A DNA stretch of 61,769 bases, counting the filler, from Nemertoderma westbladi (lineage: Eukaryota; Animalia; Xenacoelomorpha), in the NCBI GenBank assembly GCA_032718475.1. It is 3 parts of 3 records of this genome, joined end to end, with 100 filler letters (N's around TTAATTAATTAA, not from the genome) between each part and the next. Parts side by side here need not be neighbours in the genome. Positions count along the whole stretch, not along the records: positions 30,351 to 50,578 come from JAUCBJ010003802.1; 2 more parts are not named here. The stretch is one strand, 5' to 3'. Made by a program: the position numbers and the translations under genes. This document shows positions 36,801-48,335 of this stretch, piece after piece. The notes beneath the pieces were generated by a model. It ran no database searches and was not told where the DNA came from. It saw nothing but the letters and a program-made list of their open reading frames with translations. The first letter of the stretch is position 1; each line of letters opens with the position of its first letter.

Positions 36801-38640
36801 TTAATCGGGATGAGTTAATTGTAGTCATTTTGAACCTCTTGCTATTGCTATTAACGATCAATCATTTGTTCGTTTTAGAAGAAGTAGTTTCATTGGATCT
36901 ATTTTAAGACTTTGGATAGTTTGTCTTGCCAGAATATGCGGGTGACTACTCTTTAAACTTCGAGTTGGGACTGGGAAGGCAATATGGATATGAAATCCAC
37001 ATAATGTTCTGGAACGTTCACTAATAAAACGTTCAGTAATGCTGAGTTGAGACCTTGCGATATAACATACAAGGTGGCAATTTGAATGAGCAAAGTCTTG
37101 CCACAACCTGGTGGTCCAGTTATTAATAAAAACTTAAGCAACTGGTTGGTTGATGGATTAAAGTACTGGTGGACAACTTGTTTAATAGTTTGTAGTGCAC
37201 TGTTCTGCTCTGCTTGAGAAGGCATTGATTGGTGTAGTGCTACTGGGAATTGTGGATCCCAGTTCATGGGATAATCAAATGTTGCCTCCAGGAAATCATC
37301 TATTGGTGGGAGCTGCATCTTTGTGGAAATATCACTATGGTTGGTCTCAACAAGATAATGTTTCCGAGATCTTTCAATAGTAAGGATTCATTCTGCGGCT
37401 TCCTCACGCAGAGCTATGTACGAAACCGAAGGAACATCTGCAGATATGCGACCACCTGAAAGTAAAATCTCATTACATTAGCATTATTTAAATATTTCTG
37501 AAACTGATTTGCACTGATTTGCAGTTCATTTACATATCTTTTGAGGATGGTGTTTGCTTCTTCCTTTGTGGGAATATTATGATCAGCTATTAGACCTGCG
37601 TTCTGGAATGCTATTGGAAATGAAGCAACTTCCATAACATCTAATTCAGTTGTAAATTCCCCAAGAGTTAAAATGATGTGATATAAGAATTTAATTCTAT
37701 GACTTGCTCCTCTCCTCCTATATTAGGTATTACTGCAATAGTTTCTTTGCTCTGTGCAACAAAGTGTTTATGGAGATTTCCATCAACATCTTCATCCTGT
37801 ATATCTTTAAGAAGATTTAACATTTCTTCCTTGCCTTCTCTCTGGGGTTGGTTTTCTATAAAGTCAATGGCCCTGTTAATAGAACAGTTGCGTATTTTAA
37901 CAATGGTATTATAACCATCTATCCATGGCTGTTGCTGAATATCATTATGTACAGAATGTGATGGTAATTTGTTCTTTATGATGAAAATTTCATGATACTC
38001 AATGAGCTTGTTGAATATAACAATTTCTGGTGGACGAATGTTGAATCGTTCAGTATTCCCTAACCTATAATCCGAAGATACATACTCTCGAATATGCCTC
38101 TGCTGGCTATGAGTAAAGTGGCGCCAAAGAGGTAAGGGATTTCTCAATTCTATACCTGAGATATAGCTGCCATATGAACCCTCAATGTGTTCATTCGATT
38201 TGTTTGCACACACACCGGAGCGATATTCAGGAGGAAGAGTGCTTATGTGGATGAAGTCTGCTGTACATCTTGTATAAGGGTAACCAAGTGCAAATCTTGC
38301 GAGCTCTGGTATTCCAATCTCACGAGAATTTGAAGCAATATCTTTCTTAATTGCTTGGTTTATCTTAACACCTGATATTTTTACATTTTCTTGGTCACCA
38401 ACTTCGGTCCTTACTATATCGGGGTTCTTTGTGCCATATACTTTCACTTGCCTCCTCTCCTCAACACCACCTATATATTTCGACAGGTACGAGCTAGTGA
38501 ATTTGCGGTCTGTTACCTGGCAATTAAATGAACAACTAAGTAAAAATATTGATCATCAAAACAGGTTAATATTGCCAAGTTCCATTATATCGGAACCTCA
38601 ACATAAACCAATAGAAAGTTAAATAGATTACAATTGTTTT
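33831..38640 (-). mobile_element. Decayed Helitron/Helentron Rep-helicase fragment, split by a 2.56-kb foreign insertion
   Basis: Rep C-terminal motif SREIGIPELARFALGYP...FIHISTLPPEYR, Walker A LITGPPGCGKT (~37090-37125), Walker B VFILEEVG (34275-34298), Pif1 motif PFGGKLLIMNGDQHQLP. Multiple stops and frameshifts. Confidence 0.8.
34357..36828 (-). CDS. PB2: Endogenous viral element: orthomyxovirus/Articulavirales polymerase basic protein 2-like, intact 823-aa ORF
   Basis: Collinear matches to influenza PB2 landmarks: QPGLELMSKMSRKRPISA (~NPALRMKWMMAMKYPITA), ALADWWAFNGQP (~LAVTWWNRNGP), KARIIREAN...DALLWQIAWPE (~KIRRRVDIN...QDVIMEVVFPNE) and C-terminal VFRKRR (~VMKRKR NLS). Length is PB2-like; the 21-nt leader begins AGCAATAGCAAG. 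Confidence 0.75.
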   Translation of the reverse strand: MTTINSSRLKGLQHVLSAYREDPSLYSIKLDEIRLINSVGSVKTSTQPGLELMSKMSRKRPISAKTSNLVNVPSMWNGIEFKCPSDATPAEKVSWGNPYNEDTQRAPFALADWWAFNGQPAEKDAVQKILHFELETVRNVLNFKYTVDKHTQSPCKARIIREANLDVPMTDTDALLWQIAWPETAPPITTKDGVVAFVKAKDILEQFGFLDSTVAAEKIRQLITSRSKSVLTSKKMVEGMFDVSYMFSSRSFDINFDVHQDCVSVKPMAINKLKRNYHLAFEAVEPERKRKLFKLITSDTVQGKSLRSFVGSDLGDEVELSTIKTLFGVPSRLSHGNEHITIVPELDVSTPSLHVGSGFKITLYDTNGKEEIITGNYRPRNNENIVSYRLVRSGGETLASQKIVSLTVNKRVENLTKFDVFDLLFELAYFCRVVDYQIPEDSTFLKGAVRRYYFNNMSRFCNHYGDHTGTPGISYGCIVNAAYSMEKISLSHNLQVEDNVPTFEMAVGDNLSLKRKVDDVVIYEPSPKLRSSYRTYSSTDVVSELSEDEIVVLKTVGRWLTGADENGRSLIFDYYNNSNLDDKDAQKHYGINSWRIIRWVKEIAKIVSVDNPRGSQSGLKCFCTASRVDPLWRYTMLLASLPLTKRCYLDAINDVQHYQLPTHYYFKKHAFKVGQPNPVVSMLGANSLLVCGELMLPIADKSFLDKYVFVKSTTEIGISTVAFMERDLDIGIVAIKDNNYVFRKRRQYEHTMEANILATTYQGEDLKTYIKGLDEEEVPEPLLDDEDREDTINSLALPTDSSDEDNTFSDEGDVGSDYSAASH

Positions 38641-38702
38641 TTTGTTTTCGATTTTTTTTTTTTTTTTTTTCTTATTAAATGTAAATTATGTGAATCGAAA
38701 CT

Positions 38703-39250
38703 TCAAAGGATAGCGAGATGCAGTACTTGTTTTAGGGCATAGTAAAACTTAGCCTGAGATTTACTATTGAGATGGATCCCATCTCTCTGTAATACAGTTG
38801 TGGTATCTTCGGGTTCGACTAAACCCTTTACTGCCAGACTAGAACCGTAATTGGTTTCATTCAGCCAAGAACGCATTTCTTTGTTTACGGCCAAATGATC
38901 GGCAGAATATAAAGTGGAGGTTCGGCATCTTATACGAGGAAATAGTTTAACCCAGAGGATTTTGGAACTAGTGGCATTATGAAAGTTAAATATTTCTGTT
39001 TTTAGCGCATTTGTAACATGAGTAACAGAATTGGAACATAAATCGTTCCCCCCCCCCCCAGAGATACTATTGTGAGGCAAGGCTGCTTGCCAGGTTGTGC
39101 AAAACTAGAAATTAGTTCGGGAAATTCTTTTACAGTTGGTATATATTGTCGTGCTGGAGGATGGTACACGATGCGGCCGGAATTATGAAGACCTAAATCG
39201 TCGATATAGGTACCCTGTTCCTTGTTATAATGGAATTTAGCGTTATCGTT
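38703..39250 (-). pseudogene. SGNH/GDSL hydrolase-like fragment, probably transposon-borne
   Basis: GGGNDL (block III) and RDGIHLN (block V) motifs; frameshift near a poly-C tract. Confidence 0.6.
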
Positions 39251-39623
39251 ATTTAATCGAAATATTCTGGACGATGATGAAAATGTGTAACTTGTTCGTT
39301 TCGTTGATTATTATATTATATTAAAATATTGATTGCATATAATTATAAAAGTAACAAAATATATTTCAATGGCTAAGGGCCAACATTGTCAATAATCCTA
39401 AAACAGTAATACTACTATATGATATAACTCTGTAAATACCTATAAAATTGAGATGTGATTGTATGATAATATAATAATAGGCCTACAACAGTACCGGTAC
39501 CAACATACGTAATGCAGTAACACATAGTGTACGGTAAATAAACTATATAAAGCACAACCTACATGTATGCAATATTGTATGACTCCCCCCCCCCCCTCCC
39601 CCCCGGCCCGCCCATGTTTATTT

Positions 39624-41240
39624 CTATATTTTTTTAATTTTGTTTAGGAATCCTCCGCCTTCAAGTACCGCTACGCTTAAATGGTCAACCTCTACTGATA
39701 GCCTTTTATTGATTGCCCGTGGGCCTAGTGATTTAATGTATAAACTTTCCAAAATCAGCCTACCGTATAAGTCCGTGACCCTACCTATAACTGACGCCCA
39801 ATCCCATGCTGGTATGTGTCCTGTTTCTATGTGGTGCGCTGACAGTTCAGAGGCTTTAGGCCTACGGTGCCGTATGTCACTCTCGTGCTGCTCGAGGCGG
39901 ATGTCCAGACTGTACTTGGTCTGGCCAATGTATGTGTCTCCACAACAGCACGGTATCTGATATACGACATTTCTAGGGGGGCATCTGGGTTTATGTCCCC
40001 GTAGCAAGTAGGACCTAAGTTTCCTTCCTGTTACTGTATATGTCCCAATGTCGTATTTTGTACAAAGGCGTTCTAATGGTTCTGTCAACCCTTTAATGTA
40101 TGGTAGTCCTATATTTATGTCAGAGCGTGGTCGCTTGGTGGTTATCTCCTCCCTGGGTCTAGATTTATCAAATATTTTATTGACCTTACGTTGCGAATTA
40201 TAAATGATACGTGTGGGGTACCCATTGGATTTTAGAGTTTCTGCTAATTCCGATTGTGTGCGCCCCCTAGCTTCTAGGTTGGAACATAGTCTGTTAGTTC
40301 TATAAAATAATCCACTGCATACGCTGCTTTTTATCTTAGGGTGATGATTAGAATTAAAATTTAAATAACGGTTGGAATGTGTAGGTTTATGATACACTGT
40401 GGTAGATAATGCACCATTATTTAATGTCACTAAGGTATCCAAAAAAGGTAATTGCCCGTTATGATTTTGCTTATCGACAGTAAATTGAACATCACAATGG
40501 AGGCTATTGATATTAGATAGTAAGATATCTATTTGATTAATATTGACAATGCACCAAGTGTCGTCGACATACCTAAACCAAGTTTCAGGCAAAAAACCCA
40601 ATGTGCGGGCTCTGTCTTCTAAGCTAAACATAAATAGACAACACAATATGGGGGAAATGGGGTTTCCCATTGGCAGCCCCTTGACTTGTTCATAAATGCA
40701 ATCGCCGTAAGAAAAGGCACTCTGTTCTAGAACCATATGTAACAAAATACGAAAAGTATCTACTGAGATACCTGTACGTTCCGTAAAGTCGGAATCATTT
40801 AGTACAATATCTACTGCACATTTTTCGGCTTCCCCTTTGGGAATGTTACCGAACATATTGATAACATCGAATGAAACCTGTATTGTGTCATCTCCTGGAT
40901 TAATGGATTCTAATTTGTCTACAAAGTCAACCGAGTTCTTAATAAATGATTCACCATGACTAGCGTAAAATGCTAATATATTGGCAACATATCGTGCAGT
41001 CTCACCATTAGGGGCATTAACATATGAAACTATGTTTTGCAATGGGGTTCCCTCCTTGTGTACCTTTGGATTCCCATAGGTGTAAGGTAACGAGGAGTAG
41101 TGGGCGCCCAGTTGCGTACGTAATTTATGTTTAATGCTTCCTGAGTCAACTAACGATTTCAAAGTTGCATTAACACGTCTCTCGTATTTACCTACGGGGT
41201 TGCTAGGTAACTTACAAAATTGCGATTCGTCACCTAAAAT
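39624..41240 (-). mobile_element. Penelope-like element (RT + GIY-YIG endonuclease), 5'-truncated, remaining ORF open
   Basis: YGNPKVHK, SFDVINMF, GLPMGNPISP, WFRYVDDT, YHKPTHSNRYL, NVVYQIPC..GDTYIGQT. Confidence 0.93.
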
Positions 41241-42222
41241 ATTTTCAGTAACCGCTCCACGTTGGGTACTGGCACTCCAGCCAGAATAACCAAAAAGCGA
41301 TCCACTCTAAGAAGTACCAGTACTGGTAATCCTGTGACCAGTAGCGCAAGTGCAATATCACAAGTGCAATTATTCCCTAGAAGTTCACCCATAATACCTG
41401 TAGTTAAGATCCAGACACCTAAACGAAATAAACGTATACTGGTAGCCAATAAAGCTAAAGATAATGCAAATTGTCTGCAGCCTATACAAAAACGAGACCG
41501 TGGCTGGAAAATATTGACAGTGCCTGTAACAGAAGTAGGAAGTATAGAATCTTCAGCTAACGACCATTCTAATACAGCATCCACTCGACGTAAGAATGTT
41601 GGCCAGAAAGAAAAGCATCACCGTGGCCAATTGTCTTGGGATGATCTGAGTAAAAACCCCATTACATCAAGAGCACTATCGCAGTTCATTTCGAAATTTA
41701 AAGATAGTGAAAGAAAGCGAATCAGTCGTTTTGGTGCCTGAACTGGGAAGAAAGCAGGGGTTATTGCAATGTTCAATTTTTCGGGTAACATTGAAATCAT
41801 TAATAGTGGGAATAGTGGATTTGAGGAACTAATTGCAGCCATTCAGAAGCATGGTTAAGTGGGGTGAATTTTGTGAAAATGAGTTAGTAAACACAGCGTC
41901 GGAAGTGCCAGGACCATCTAAAGTGCATAAAACAGTCGCCACTGAAACAATTTTATCCCCTGCTATAACAAAGGCAAAGGCAAGGAAAGGCAAAATCAGA
42001 AGCCTCACCTCTGCAAATCGTTGTATGGTGTGCAAGCGGTACTACCAGTCACCAGAGGATAAAAGGTTCGATTCCTTTTGGATAAAGTGTGAGAAATGTA
42101 ATTCTTGGTTTCATGGAAAATGTACTGGATTTTACAAACTGAAACAAAGCGAAGCTAATGACATGAATTTCCTATGCCGTAATCATATAGAAGGTCTTCC
42201 AAAGAAAAAGCTTCGAAAATAA
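41241..42222 (+). pseudogene. Disrupted gene ending in a PHD finger, likely a transposon accessory ORF
   Basis: CMVC...WIKCEKCNSWFHGKC...FLC (C4HC3-like); stops and a frameshift between the 41262-41741 and 41833-42222 ORFs. Confidence 0.65.
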
Positions 42223-42359
42223 AGAATTCATGGTTTAACTATATTTTATTGAGAAATATAACAAAAACATTTGTTGAAATCGTTTATACTCAACCGTTAT
42301 TGTAAAGTTGAATTTGGTTTATCTATAATAATATAAGTATAAACTTTATATACTCGGCA

Positions 42360-43102
42360 AATCATTGTATGGTGTGCAAGCGGTACTACCAGTCACCAGA
42401 GGATAAAAGGTTTGATTCCTTTTGGATAAAGTGTAAGAAATGTAATTCTTGGTTTCATGGAAAATGTAGGGCCTGCTGGATTTCGTAAACTAAACAAAGC
42501 GAAACAATGAATTTCCTATGCTGTAAATCATATAGGTCTTCCAATGAAAAAGCATACGAATTTATGTTTTAACTATATTTTATTGAGAAAACAAAAACAT
42601 TTGTTGAAACAGTTTAGACTATAACCGTTATTGTAAAGTTGAAGTTGTGTTATCTATAATTTAGGTATAAACTTTATATAGTAGATTTTGAATTATTGTT
42701 AATTTTTTTTTATTATTGTCAAACATTACAAATTTGACATTCCTTATATAATTTCCTTCGCCATAAAAAGAACATTAACTGAGTTTCCAGAACCATCTGG
42801 TATTGTCACGGGGCGACGTCTTCCAATGAAAAAGCTTACGAATTCATGTTTTAACTATAATTTATGGAGAAAACAAAAACATTTGTTGAAACAGTTTAGA
42901 CTATAACCGTTGTTGTAAAGTTGAAGTTGTGTTATCTATAATTTAGGTATAAACTTTATATATAGTAGATTTTGAATTATTGTTAATTTTTTTTTATTAT
43001 TGTCAAACATTACAAATTTGACATTCCTTATATAATTTCCTTCGCCATGAAAAGAACATTAACTGAGTTTCCTGAACCATCTGGTATTGTCATGGGGCGA
43101 GC
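42360..43102. repeat. Local partial tandem duplications of the PHD exon and 3' region
   Basis: ~42365-42680 copies ~42020-42350; ~42820-43100 copies ~42537-42815. Confidence 0.85.
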
Positions 43103-43284
43103 CATGAAGTAAGGTGATCCTTAGCATAGAGGTACCATTAAAGAATCAGCCAACTGGTTTTTTGCATTTAAGACGATATGTTATTATTTGCAAACTGTAA
43201 CAAATTTTAATTGCATTAATTATAAATAGGTCTTCTACCATATAAGAAGTGTACTTTTACTGCAATTAAACTTATTGTTAACCT

Positions 43285-45785
43285 TCAAAGTAAACTATGC
43301 ACAATTTCCAACAGATCATCCTTTGTTTTAGCTTTATTACGTTTTTCTATATACAAACGTTTTTCAGAAAGTGGTAGCTTATCAATTTCTACTTTGGCTG
43401 TCTTCTCTAATTCGACTTTAGTCAAACTATCAACATGCGACATGTATATCTCCTCAGTTTGCGTAACTGGTACAACTGGAAGCTTATCGACCTGAGTAAA
43501 ACGTGGTCCATTGTGTAATATTTTCATTACAGCTTTTTTAATTCTTGTTTTTCCGACATCATAAAAGGTGAGATGTTCATCAGCCAAAGTTTCAGAAAGC
43601 CCTATAACCTCATCCGAAGAGACTCCTGGGTGAATTAAATCTGAATTCCGGACCTCTTCTTGCCATTCCTGTAGTGCACATTTCATTTTAGTGATGTATG
43701 ACTTTGTGTACTTTTCGAAAGCATCTTTAAAGTCTGGTCTATCCAAAGTAGCAAATAAATTCTGTCTTAGATCGATAATTGACCCAAGGCTACCATATAA
43801 TTGAGTCCATTTCTGCATATCGCGGGGCATTCCATATTGTTCAATACTTTTTAGCAGGCTATGTAGTTCTTCTAAAATGTAATCTAGACCCTGTCCTTTA
43901 TCTTTTGAGTATGTTTGAGTGTACGTTTCAGAAGAAAACTGTTTAATATCTGGTGGTAGATGTAGCTGCTGAGCAAATGTAAACGCTGTTATTCACTGGT
44001 ATATATAATTCTGACGAGTAAAAATCACAGGTGAAAATGTTGCCAAGCCAGCCAGTGCTGTAGTTAAATCACAATGACGAATTCCAATTCGAAATATTTT
44101 TATACTGAGGCAAATATTAAAGGTAAATTTGTAGAGTGCTTTATATGTTTCATTTTGCACTTGACTTAGATAAGTTCCAAAATTGTTAACACTAAAATCA
44201 AAACGTTTTATTTCTATCTCATATCTAATAAATGGACGTAATAATTCGTGTGCTAGACCATGTAGTACGATATCTAGTGATTCCCACGCTATGTGATGGT
44301 CTGATGCATTTTTATAAAATTGCAATGCTCGATCTGTACAATAACTATTTGTTAATGCAAATCTGTGAAAACAAAGTTCCCATCCAAACTTTATTGCCAT
44401 AATGAGCATGTTGTGTTCAACATGTCCCCAACCTGGTAAGATTGTTTTACACCAATCCAATTGTTCCTCATTCTGTGCCAACTCCAAATAATATGAAAAC
44501 GGCAAACCATCAAGCACCAATGCAATCCATTTTCTATCTGGGTTCTGTTCAAATGCTTTCTGCAGCATTGAATTAACAGCTGTCTTAACGTTTGCATGAC
44601 TTCCAGGATCATTAGGAAGAGGCTCATGCAGTTCAACATTGACTTGGATTGGTAGTTTGATCACTGGACCAACATCAACTGCTTTGTAGATTATATTATA
44701 TGTTCCATCACAAAACGATGAACTATGTTTGAATTGTTTGTCAGGGTAATAATCATGCAAAACTTCAGATATTTCTTGAGAAATGAAAGCATTCCTAAAC
44801 TTGTTGTGTGTATTAGCAAACTCTTGAAAATAGTCGGAAACCAAGTCATCGAGCATTGTATTACTCAGATCAATGTATGTCAGTTGATTAGTTTGTATAT
44901 GTAGTTGTGGGGAATGTAGATGACTCATGACAGAGCACACTTTTGCTAAAGGTTGCTTATTTGTGTATATATGATATGTTTTACCAAGAAACTGAAAGTT
45001 ATCTAAGGCTATTGTAATGTCACCCTTAGGTAACTTCTTAAGAGATGATGAGTTTTCCAAAATGTTAAGTATTTTTGTATAGCTGGCTGCTGATGATGTG
45101 TATGATCTTAATATTGCACCAAATTTGGAACTATCGACAGAATAGCAGACTACACTTTCCTGTGTGTCAATTTTTCCCACATATCGGTTATCATGACAAG
45201 AAAATAGAAGGTCAACAATTTTATTAATTCTATACAAGTTGCGGTTATATTTCTTATGATCACCAGTAATATTACATAGTCGTGATAATAACATTCTCAA
45301 TTTTCCATTAGGGCAGTATAAATCGGATGAGTAAATTAGGTTGTCAGTTGTTTTTATTGGGAGAGATTCATTAAGTGCATCTTTGATTTCATTTATAATT
45401 TGGTTAACTAGTGTTGATAAAAAATCAGATTCGTTTGATGCAGTTTCATCTGCAGTTTCAACTACCACTTGTTCTGTAGCTATAATGCTTTCCATCTCAA
45501 CAATATTTTCTGTTGATGTTGATGTTGATATTATTTCTTGGTCTTGTGAGCCACTCCCAGTTTGTTGGTTCAATTTTTCTTCATAATATCCATGACAGAC
45601 ATTGCAAATATACGTGAAACAACATTTAATGATGACATATACTCGATTACTCGCCGTTTTCCATGTTGATGTTTAACGTTCATTACTTTAAAATCTTCAT
45701 GAAATTGAAATTCATTATTAGCAACCCGTTGTTGAATGTAACCATGATTTAGTACAGTGCACTCAAAAGTTATTTTAGGAGACAT
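43285..45785 (-). mobile_element. Academ-like (DUF6589-type) DDE transposase pseudogene, ~830 codons
   Basis: IALDNF, WIALVLDGLP, LPGWGHVEHNML, GQGLDYILEE. One in-frame TGA at 43993 separates the 526-aa and 181-aa ORFs, with a frameshift near 45570. Confidence 0.55.
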
Positions 45786-45949
45786 AATGAATAATCATAT
45801 CACTATTGAATTTAACAGTTTAATACCAGTATATTATATTAAGAATCATTGGCCTACCACAATAAACATAAGAAATACCCAATTGTAAAGTAAACAGCCT
45901 AACATTAATCTGGAAATGGTAAATTATAGTTGCTTTGATATAAATTCAT

Positions 45950-46028
45950 TATTTCCCAATCGGGCAATTGCAATTTTCCCGATCGGGAACAAAAATTGTT
46001 TCCCGATTGGGCTAGTGGACCAGACTGC
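45950..46028. repeat. Putative transposon end with three TTCCCRATYGGG subterminal repeats
   Basis: Repeats at ~45953, 45976 and 46000 upstream of the transposase, followed by TAGTGGACCAGACTG; partner TIR not found. Confidence 0.35.
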
Positions 46029-46537
46029 TGATGGTTGTTGTACAAAATACCCTATATTTCGGGCACAAAACTTACAGTGTAGTGAAATGCATTAACTAAC
46101 ATAACATAATAAGGTACATTATAGGTATCTGTACGCACTGATATGGGATTTGTGTCCAGTTTCTCCCCCTCTCCATATCTCGACGAGATACTAAAATATA
46201 TGCCCGAGACCAATCGGATTGTGTGTATATTTACTTTGGAGTTAATGTTAATCTTTATTTGATATATATACCAAATCTGTTACTTGAAGTACATCTTTAG
46301 GGAAGAATAACATCGGAAATTCAGTGTTCGAAAACATGTGTGGTATAATAATGTTATCCTCCTTATCGATTATCATCTTGTCCTATTTAGGTCGAAACGA
46401 GACTACCCACTCCTTGTGAACTGTGCGAAAGCATGGGCATGGTTGAACTCTAACCAGCCCCTTGCCCGCTTGCTGGCGCAAACATAATCCATAGAAATCT
46501 GTATCAAAAATATATTTCTATTATATAATAAAATTTA

Positions 46538-46860
46538 GGTTCCACCTTGGTGTAGTGGTTGCATTGAATTCACATCTCCCGTAGGTCGTGGGTTCGATCC
46601 TCACATGGGCCACCAGGGCAGTTTTCATTTCAGCACAAATGCGTTAAAGGGACCAGGTAGGGCGCATCTTTGCCTTGCATCCTTATGTCGTAGCTAAATG
46701 AGTTATGGAGTTTCCTCTGGGGAGTAAAGTTCTGGGAGGACCACACTGGAAATAAGTCGTCAGACTTTGTTGTAATCCCTGGCCTAGCAGCCGAAGAAAA
46801 TTTACTTTACTTTTAATTACTTTACTTTTAATTTAAAATTACTTTACTTTTACTTTTTTA
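46538..46860 (+). mobile_element. tRNA-derived SINE
   Basis: TGGTGTAGTGG A box, GGTTCGATCC B box, (TTTAC)n tail. Confidence 0.75.
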
Positions 46861-47050
46861 AATTTACTAGTATCATTAGCTATGCATTATACTAAGCCAG
46901 CAAAGTTTATATCCAAACCCAGAAAGTAATTAAAATTATTGATCAATATGGACTATTAAAATCTTCAAAAGTTATTCACGAATTAATTTTTCACAGATGA
47001 TTAACAGGGGTATAATACTTAATATCAAACAGTATACTATCAAGTCAACA

Positions 47051-47365
47051 TCACAGATTATTAAAGTCACAGCTAAATAATGAGTTCTTTTTCATGTTTT
47101 CTAGCTTAGCCCTGGCATATGGAATGCTCAGGAATAGTCGCTTACATTGAGCTTCCTTACGGCTTAGCTTATTCTGCATTGTCTTTTCTAAGAGAATTGC
47201 CCTTTCAGCTGCATCATTCACAACTTTAATGTTGTCTACAACATTTCTCACCTTTCTGTAGTCTACATCACTCTCCCATTCAACCACTGGTTTCATCACA
47301 AAAGACTTTCCCTCTATGCCCAATAGTTTGAACAATAGCCAAGACCCAGGTCCAAATAGATCCCA
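47051..47365 (-). mobile_element. C-terminal fragment of a hAT-like (hATm-type) transposase
   Basis: SWLLFKLLGI...W....Y......IKVVNDAAERAI motif. Confidence 0.55.
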
Positions 47366-47399
47366 ATGCTGTGTAGTTGTAGCTGTGTATGCTTTGAAA

Positions 47400-48335
47400 G
47401 ATAATCATCAATCTGAACATGAGGTGACTAGATTGATATATCTCAACAAAGACCTGGATCTAAAGAATATCCAACGAATCATCAAACCTCATCTGAAAAT
47501 GCACAATACGAAGCTCGAACTACACTTCACAATAAATCAGTTATATCAAAGGGTTGTGGAGAACTTAAGGTGGTCAGTCGAAAGTTACAAGGAAATGATT
47601 TACATGATCTGGGTGTTTGTTTGTGGTGTTTTGGTATGTATAAAACGTCTTTGCTTGGTAAACATGGAAAGGTTTGCCAATTGAGACCTTGTACTTCACA
47701 AGTTCATGGAATCACAGTATCTAGTAATATGCTTCTGCTCCCTGATTCTTATACAATAGATGGACCAACCATGCCATCGAATTTTATATCTCTATTAGGG
47801 AAAATGCATGATGACGATGTAACCATGTGTGTTAAAGGCGATTCAAATATATTACATTTGGGTGCGTGGCTTCTGGAATCAATGAATGATGCTAAAGATT
47901 CAGATGAAGACATTTGGCAATCTCTTCGACAACTTGCTAGGATACTTATTATAATGCGCAACAGACATGGAGAAAATATTTCGGCGAATGATTTAATAAA
48001 TCCAAAACATTTTGACAATGTTGTGCATGCTACAAAAACCTTGAATAATGCAACTCAACTCAAAGTTGGTTATGTTCTTCAGAAATTGGATAATTTAATC
48101 AGGTGTGAAGCCATTAAATTGCAGAATGCAGAAATTCAAGCACTGGTAAACAACTTCATGTGACTGTACAAGTGGCATGTCAAAATCTCATCTTCTTTGT
48201 ATAGAATGAAGAAATCCCATTTTAATAAAGTTGATGACCTTCCACTTACAGAGGATATCCTTTCATTACACAATTATATTAATGTAAAGATAAAATCAAT
48301 ATTGTTAATGGAACCATCAAAAGGGGATAGTCGAA
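47400..48335 (+). mobile_element. Degraded N-terminal part of a transposon-associated tyrosine-recombinase (Crypton-like) ORF
   Basis: CLWCFG...KHGKVC, LRQLARIL, LINPKHFDNVVHATK, LKVGYVLQK, W..KISS...LPLTEDI pattern; the catalytic domain is absent. Confidence 0.45.

Noticed and set aside
36829-36861. 834-aa version of the PB2-like ORF starting at 36861
   Set aside because: It uses a non-ATG start in junction sequence; the first ATG (36828) follows the virus-like 21-nt leader.
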